From the NCBI GenBank assembly GCA_965153355.1, contig OZ231126.1, forward strand, positions 43,524,001 through 43,588,000: a stretch of 64,000 nucleotides of DNA. Reading direction: 5' to 3'. This DNA is from Flaccisagitta enflata. Taxonomy: Eukaryota. The translations under genes were made by a program, and so were the position numbers. Of the stretch, positions 55,999-64,000 are shown piece after piece (the stretch's first letter is position 1; the number at the start of each line of letters is the position of its first letter). The notes beneath the pieces were generated by a model. It was not told the origin of the DNA. It ran no database searches and saw only the letters and a list, made by a program, of their open reading frames with translations.

Positions 55999-56784
55999 CT
56001 GTCTCTCTGACTCCCTCCCACCTTCGCTTCTCCTTTTCCTTCCTCAGAAATTTCTTTTTTTTTATGTCGTTGATAGAATTGGAAGAAATATGACTATGTC
56101 TCTTTGAGTCTGTCTCTCTGTATCTTACTGCTTCTTTGACTGTGTCTCTATCTCTCTGTTTCTCTAACTCAGTCTGTGTCTCTTTCTTTCTTTCTGCTTC
56201 TTTGACTTGGTCTCCTTCTCTTTCTCTCTGCTTACCTAACTCTGTCTTTGTCCCTTCCTCTCCGCTTCTCTTACTCTGTCTCTTTCTCTCTGCTTCTCTG
56301 ACTCTGTCTCTATCTCTCTGGCATTCCGACATTTTGTCTTTCTATCTCTCTCTGCTTCTCTGACTCTGTCTCTGTTATTTTCTCTCTGCTTCTCTGACTC
56401 TGTCTCTGTCTCTATCTCTCTATCTTTCTGACTTAGTCTCTGTCTCTTTCTCTTTGCTTATCTGACTTTGTCTCTTTCTCTCTCTCTCTCTCTCTTCCTC
56501 TCAGACTCTGTGTCTGTTTCTGTCTCTCTGCTTCTAGATATATCAGAAATCCGACGGAAAATGGAGGCAAAAACTCACCGAAGAGATTGAATAAGGATGA
56601 ACCTGAGGAAGGTTTTTTTATTCAAAAGATGGATCACTTTTTTTTCCAATATGCTCTGTCGTTTTAATCGTCGTGTGTGATTGTGTGTGGGAGTGATTCT
56701 ACATACGATGAATGATTGTTTGGAAGGTTTTTTTTTCTTGTTGGTTTGATCTATTTCTAGATCCTCGTGACTTTAAGCTTTGTA

Positions 56785-57237
56785 CAGTGAGGTTCGTGGA
56801 ATAACAGCCTAAACTGGAGGAAGGTATTTAAGTATCTCAATTTCATTTGACAAACTTGATATTTGAAATATCAGTTGTTCAATTGATACTTTTGACCCTA
56901 AGCTTTTTGGTTGCCATGGAAACCAAAATTATTTTTTTGAACATTCATAATTGCTAAAGTTTCAATATTTTCACTAATATAATGAGGGATCATTGCTCAA
57001 AATTGAATTTACATCAATGTTCCCTGATTATATCTGTCAAAATATTGATATTCCAGCAGTTATAAACGTTCCAAAAACAATTTTGGTTTCCATAGCAATC
57101 GAAAAACTCAGGGACACAAGCATCAATTAAACAACTTATACAAATGTACTCAAATATATCAAGTTTCATGAATGAAATTAAGACACTGAAATACATTCCT
57201 TCCTCCAGTACAGGCTGTTATTCCATGAACCCCACCG
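56785..57237. mobile_element. MITE with ~90-bp imperfect TIRs (Tc1/mariner-like, ta|cagtg start)
   Basis: cagtgaggttcgtggaataacagcctaaactggaggaagg versus ccttcctccagtacaggctgttattccatgaaccccaccg. Confidence 0.7.
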
Positions 57238-57471
57238 TTGTTAATCCTCACTCGGTTATATTCATTCACGCAATGGATACATATCTGCAATGATGAGTGA
57301 TGACAATGCGAAACTTTGAATAGCCATTGAAAAGAGAAGATATACACTAACTGTGGTATCTCGAACCGTTTAACGATCCATTTGTGTCAGTAAAGGTTTG
57401 GAACCAGTTTGGTTTCCTCCTACCGCGCCACCTTTACCTCATGGCAAAGTTTGACTTAAAAAGGATTTATC

Positions 57472-57540
<69 letters not shown>

Positions 57541-58197
57541 AAGAGTGACAGACAGAAAGCATTGACAGACAAAAATAGGGAAAAATGAACGTCTGGAAAT
57601 GAACCGACTTGAAATCGAGATTTTATAGCCTTGGGCTCCATTGGTCCATCAGTCGTTGTCTTTTGACTAAATGGAGTGGAATATTAATGACAAAAAGAGT
57701 GGGAAAAGAATGAAGCGAGGAAAAGAGACAAAGAATGTACTATTTCCGAGGGATATTATTCATAGACTCGAAAAACAGGAAAAACTGGCATTCTTCAACT
57801 CTTTGCACGCTTTTAAAAAAAATGGAGAGAAGGGATTTTTCGACGTGCCAAAAAATTTTGACATGAGATATATACACGGAGTATTTTGTATTCTTAAAGG
57901 TTGCGCCGTTGCATTGGCCCTGCTCCCAACTCAATTATCCATATTACTTTTTTAAACTACACATTTTTTCTTTTAAAATGTCAAACCGTTGTTTTTTTTT
58001 AGTTTCTGTCCCATTTTAAAAGCATCTATACATCACATGACATGGGAAGCCGGGAGGACGTGTTGCGTGGTAACGCAGGGCCGGTTCTTAAGAGCTGTTT
58101 TTCTATCTTTTTTTCTTTCTTTCTGTCTGTCTTTATGACAAGTGGAACAATATCCCCTGGGATCCTCACTATACCAAAATATGGAAGGACCTTGTGA

Positions 58198-58287
<90 letters not shown>

Positions 58288-58370
58288 GTTCCTTATTTCT
58301 TTTTTTAGCCATTCTTTTTCCATCACAGACATCTTCAAAAATACAATATAGGCTGAATCTAGAAACTGAA

Positions 58371-58862
58371 ATTGGTTGGAAAAAAGTCGAATTACGTAAT
58401 TCGACTTTTTGAAACGTAGGGGAGAAATCGGGTTTTCCATTTTCGATTTGGGGAATTTGAGAAAGTTGGGCCATTTCCTGACTGGGATGACACATTTTTT
58501 GATATTCATAGCTAAGAAAGAGCTTATTTTCCTCTTTCAAATGGCGCCAACCAGAAGTCTCTACGATCATTAGTATTGGCGCTATGAATTTTTTAATCTT
58601 TTTTTATTTTTTCGCATTTTGCAAAAATCAAGATTTTTCATTGATCCTATTTTTTCGGCCCTATGTAACAAAAGAGAAGAGTCAAGATGTTACACAAATT
58701 GACCCACACTTTTATGACGCTAGCTTTTGTATTCTACTCTACTTGAGAGAGAGAGAGAGAAAGAGAATGGAAAGGGAAAGAGAAAGACAAACACAAAGAG
58801 AGACACACACCCCCCCCTCAAATACATACACATCGACAAATTTAAACACACATAGAGACACT

Positions 58863-58924
<62 letters not shown>

Positions 58925-58959
58925 CAGAGAGCGCACACACACACACGCACACACACACA

Positions 58960-59046
<87 letters not shown>

Positions 59047-59214
59047 AAAAACCAAGGAAGACCAAGAAAAAGAAGCAGAGACACAGATTGAATAACAAAA
59101 ACAGGCAGACAGTTAACCAAACATCATGAGATGCACATAGAAGAAGATGCATTGAAAAAAAAGACTCCCACTTACGACTTTTTTCCGGTCGGCGAGAGCC
59201 GCCTTTATTGGTAA
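58371..59214 (+). mobile_element. HINE-like family D element (copy 2), ending ~107 bp upstream of a plexin exon
   Basis: Same 30-bp palindrome (58381-58410), body, internal (GA)n/(CA)n and 3' hairpin as 49766-51055. Confidence 0.78.
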
Positions 59215-59252
59215 ATGAACTCTTCCCATTTAAAAGTCGGGTTATCCTTTTA

Positions 59253-59312
<60 letters not shown>

Positions 59313-59321
59313 TTCCTTTAG

Positions 59322-59486
59322 GTGTTCCCGTCGTTCTGAGTGCGAAAATGCGGACGAAGAGTTGCACTGGTTGCCCTACAACAAGAATCAGTGCATCTCT
59401 TTGAGGGTGAATCCCGATTCGCTACAACGAACTGACACGGCGAGAAGTCTGCTCTTGGAAATCAACAATTTACCGCCCGTAGAAAG
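59322..59486 (+). CDS. PlexA: Plexin-A-like exon (PSI end and next domain): CSRRSECENADEELHWLPYNKNQCISLRVNPDSLQRTDTARSLLLEINNLPPVE
   Basis: Acceptor cattcctttag|, donor |gtaagt; 165 nt, phase 2 to 2; continues the PSI cysteines and the W...C..P..LQRT.TAR motif; absent from the ORF track. Confidence 0.93.
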
Positions 59487-60694
59487 GTAAGTGTTGGTGA
59501 GGTATGATGTTTGTTTGTTTGTTTGTTTGTTTTCTTTCTTTATCTCTTCTTCATCACTAAATCTCCAACACGAGGAATTCAAGACGGAAGATCCACCCTA
59601 AACTCGAGAAAAAGAAAAACCATTTTTGAACTACTATGAAGGTGAATAGGAAAAGGTATAAAAAAAACGTGAGAAAAGATGAGAATAACAAAAAAAATGT
59701 AAATTGAGCTTTCAAAGTAATGAATGAGATTTTAGAGTGCCATATGCTCGTCCGTAATGGACAAGCTTAATGGAAAGCCGAGAAAAATGTAAAAAAAAAT
59801 GTTATGTTTATTGGTAATGGTGTATTAACTAAAGACGTTGAGGAGTGATGTATTTTGAGGTTCTTTTATATTTGCGGCCGCAACTTTGGTACTCCGCCTC
59901 CTCCCTCTCTCTCCCTCTCCCGCCCATCCCCGCCCGCCCCGCCCCGCCCTCTCCCGCCGTCTCAGACGTCTCACGCTCGAAAGAATCTCACCTGAATTTG
60001 TGTGTGGGGAAATCGTCAAAACTTTTCAAAACATTACCGCTTCTTTTGATCATTTTTTGAGTGAATGAGAGGGGAGAACTTCCAAAAGAACTTCCAAGTC
60101 GTATGGCTTCCTTATTTTTTCTTTCTGTCTTTCTTTCATTTTGTCATTTTGTCTCTCTGTCTCAGAATTTTTCTGTCTCTCAATCTTTCTGTCGGCCTAC
60201 CATCCTAAACGTATACCTCTGCATCAATTTAAAAAGAGAAAAGGACAGGCTCTCAGAAATATATAAATCCTCACCCCCTCGATGGTGTTTAAAAGATCAG
60301 GGCCCAAAACGTCCTCAAACGTCTTTCACATGGTTGTTGTATCTCGTTTTGAATGAAATTAGAGGACCGTAAGAACCGGGGGCTCGAAATTTAATGAATG
60401 GCGAAGTTAATTGTTCGGAAAAGGAAAACCATCAACGCCCGTCACCAACCAAAAACCCTCGTACCTCTTTAAACAGATGTTTAAAAGTCGCCCGTGGCTT
60501 TGGGTTTTTTTTTTAAGCTCATAATGTCAGTTAGACCGTCGGTCCGTCGTTGTGATCGTCTGTTGCATTTTTCTGTTGATGAATATCTGCAATATATTCC
60601 CTTCCTCCTGTCTTTTTTTTCCATCTCCGAATTATTTTCACTATTATTTCCTCTTTAATTTTTCCCTGTGCTTTCTTTCGGATTTACTCCTTAT

Positions 60695-60778
<84 letters not shown>

Positions 60779-60957
60779 TCCTCTTCCCATTTTTTATAAT
60801 CATTACTTATTCCACACTCCTTTCTTGTCGTTAATTACTCGTTACAGCGTTTTCTTCGTGTCTTTTTTTTTTTCTATGCTTTTTTTTCTCCTTTCTTCCT
60901 TCCCTGTTTTTCCCTCCCCATTCGCGTTCCCGACAATTTGCTTAGAAAAGAAAGAAA

Positions 60958-61341
60958 AAACAAGCCCAAGAGGGCAACAGTCGCGTGCGTCTGGAAATGA
61001 CAAACAAAAGAGCAAAAACAAGTTGAAATGTTAAGAATGTTAGAAAAAGTTAAAAAATGTTAAAGAATGTTAAAGAATGTTGAAAAATGTTAAAAAGTGT
61101 TAAAAAAACTTAGAAATGTTAAAGAATTTAATAAAATTTTAGGAAATGTTAAAAAATAATAAAAAATGTTAAAAAATGTTAAAAAATGTTAAAAAATGTT
61201 AAAAAATGTTCAAACATGTTAAAAAACGTTAAAACACGTTAGAACGATAAAATATTTAGAAATATTTGTTTCGGACGGACCGACCGAGCGACCGACCGAC
61301 CGACAGACCAAGGTGTAGAGTCGCGTGCACGCGACTAAAAA
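60958..61341 (-). mobile_element. HINE-like family A element with internal 10-bp (aaaaatgtta) array
   Basis: aaacaagcccaagagggc..agtcgcgtgc at left; tagagtcgcgtgcacgcgactaaaaa at right. Confidence 0.7.
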
Positions 61342-61779
61342 GTGAAAAAAGAACGTAAGAAAAAAGAAGGAAAGAAGACCCCAAAGAGAGAAATATCCAA
61401 AGCGATTTTAGGAGAAGAACAGCCGAGTTTGCAGCCGGCCTTTGCCATTTTACTCACTTTCGCCCCAAATGTAAAATACTAAATGGTTCTAACGATTGCC
61501 CTCTTGTCCGTTTTCTTTCACGATAGATCTTTCGCGCTCGTCTTTTTTTTTCCAGTCTCTAGATTTAAGCGCGTGTTTGCTGTCTATCTGCATTTGTCTA
61601 TTTTGACCCCCATTCTATCCGTCCGCCGGGGCGTTTTTCTGTTTCTGGTTTTCGTGTCTATTTCAGTGTCTTTTCTGTGCTTCTCCTAGTACTGTGTAGT
61701 AGTGTCTGTTTTTGTGTCTTCGAACGTTTGACTGCCAGCAAGCTTGTATGTTTCTACTCTCTCTCTGTCTCTGTCTCTG

Positions 61780-61905
<126 letters not shown>

Positions 61906-62204
61906 GTCTTTCCACAATTGAGAGAATCACGTTCAAACGTATAAATTCATCCCTCATTCAGCCATTTAAGGGGATCTTTTGTCACTCTGGGGAATCCGCA
62001 CGTAATATTAGTAATGAGATTATCTTCTTCTTAATGGTTTTTCTCTGCCATTCCTTCTCCTGATTTATTATCGTTTGCACGTGAAGGGGAAAAGCGGGTA
62101 CAAAGCGCCGTCTGACGTTCGGGGTCGCCGACCGTAATCTTTACGGACTTTCGTTCACTCATTCCATTAAGTCGTTCATTCATTCATTAGCTCATAAGTT
62201 AAAT

Positions 62205-62408
62205 CATTCATTGATTCATTCATTCATTCATTCATTTATTCATTCATTCATTCATTCATTCATTCATTCATTCATTCATTCTTTCATTCATTGGCTCATT
62301 CATTCATTCGTTCATTCGCTCAATAAGTCATTCATTCATTCGTTCATTCGCTTAATCAGTCATTCGTTTCATTCAGTCAGTCAGTCAGTCAGTCAGTCAG
62401 TCAGTCAG
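62205..62408 (+). repeat. (CATT)n and (CAGT)n microsatellites
   Basis: Visible in sequence. Confidence 0.9.
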
Positions 62409-63284
62409 CCATTAACCCGTTTTTTTTTTCAAGCATTTTCTCTCATTGTGACGCAAACTTGATAAGTTTCCTTGACCCTTGCCCCCTTCCATCTATCTGT
62501 CAAGTAGAGAAGTAAAGCCGTCACATAAAAACGCTCGCTTATAAGTCTTACCCGGCTTCTTACACGTCTTAGAATTCAACTTGTAACGTCCAGTTTTTTT
62601 TTCTCGCATTATTGAACGGAAAGAAATCAAGACACAAGTCGAAATGAAACTCTACTGATTGAGGGATATGAAGAGAAACTATTTTTTTCCTTTGTCCATG
62701 TAATCCGGATGATGGAGCATGCTTCGTTCAGCACTCACTCCTTGGTTATAGTACTTTGTAGTTTTGAATCAATCCAAAGTCCCATTAATTTGCATTTTTT
62801 ATGTATGGAAATGACTAGAATGACATTATCACTTTTCTCGTGTAACAATCTTACCTCCCTCCGTAAAAGTGTTTTATTCCAACCATCGCTATAACCGCCA
62901 TAATCGCCATAACCGCCATAACCCCCAATCATACGCGGAGGGCATATATCTTCCCAACCTAGACCCCATTCCTAAAAGCCATTACCTTCCATTATTGTGT
63001 CGAAGTTAGCACAACCTCTCCTCCCTTCCCCCACATCCTCTCAACCACCCTTCTTTGTGGGTGAATCCCGCCTTCAGCGTCTGCGTCTTGGTTGACCTTC
63101 TTGACTTCCGGTATTGGCCTTTATTCTCTCTTTGCCCGCATTTTCAGCAGCGCGCTTAACTGAAGACTTAGGAAAACCAAAAAGGGAAAACACATCGACT
63201 CCAAAGTCTAATCCCAAGCTAAGCGTTCAACCCAAATTATCTCTTCCATCCCTTTGGAAATTGTCAAAGCCCTCTCGCGCTTTT

Positions 63285-63451
<167 letters not shown>

Positions 63452-63657
63452 AATCCTACTTGGCATGGTCAAGACCTCATTTTTCATGCCTTCGTCTCGT
63501 ATTCATATCGTCGAGTTGTGTTTTCAAAAGACCCGGCCTTACTACGCAAAAGCTTTCAATGAAATTCCTACCTTAAAGAATCCAAAAGGGCGATCACAGG
63601 CATACGAAGCAAAGGATTGGCTATCGCTTTTGAGATGCGCCTTCAGGCCTTCACGCA

Positions 63658-64000
63658 TTTAGTACAGTCTACAGACTACACTCTGCTTCTGTCCGTCCAT
63701 TCGTACATTGCCCCATCACTGTGTCCCTCATTTTATACTTATATATTAGCCCAACAATTATTTACCCAAAGTCATATGAAAGTTCTCTATCAAAGGGATA
63801 TAGCTCAAAATCATGTATAGAGATGATCCATGAAAAAAATTTTGCGATAGGATCCCTATAAACTATACATATATGGCCGCCACCCACCCCCTCCCCCATA
63901 ATGACTATAGGAAACCCTGGAGGCCACGTCCATCCCATACATTTTCTATGGGAATATGAAGGGGGTGGCGGCCATAGTTTATAAGGGTCCATGGCTAAAT
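63658..64000 (+). mobile_element. Possible repeat element cut by the window edge, with internal inverted repeat
   Basis: agtctacagact hairpin and gtccgtcc near start; ccctataaactat..atggccgccaccc / gggtggcggccatagtttataaggg inverted pair. Confidence 0.4.

Overview
Repeat-rich eukaryotic (invertebrate, most likely arthropod/crustacean-type) genomic DNA. The only coding signal I can support is nine internal exons of a Plexin-A-like gene on the + strand (7581-59486). They have GT-AG boundaries and consistent intron phases, and splice into 1334 nt (about 444 codons) of uninterrupted frame covering most of the Sema domain, the first PSI domain and the start of the next domain. The 5' and 3' exons lie outside the window. 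Nearly all ORF-track entries are microsatellite or repeat artefacts. The introns (0.3-15 kb) contain: (i) at least four families of short non-autonomous elements with Helentron/HINE (DINE-1-like) architecture, several carrying different internal minisatellites; (ii) TA-flanked Tc1/mariner-type MITEs; (iii) a 3.9-kb foldback-like element with ~1.1-kb inverted arms and a 4-bp TGAT target duplication; (iv) three insertions bracketed by near-perfect 116-140-bp direct repeats; (v) many microsatellites. No rRNA, tRNA, CRISPR or intact transposase/RT ORF was recognised. Family assignments rest on structure and recalled homology, not database searches.
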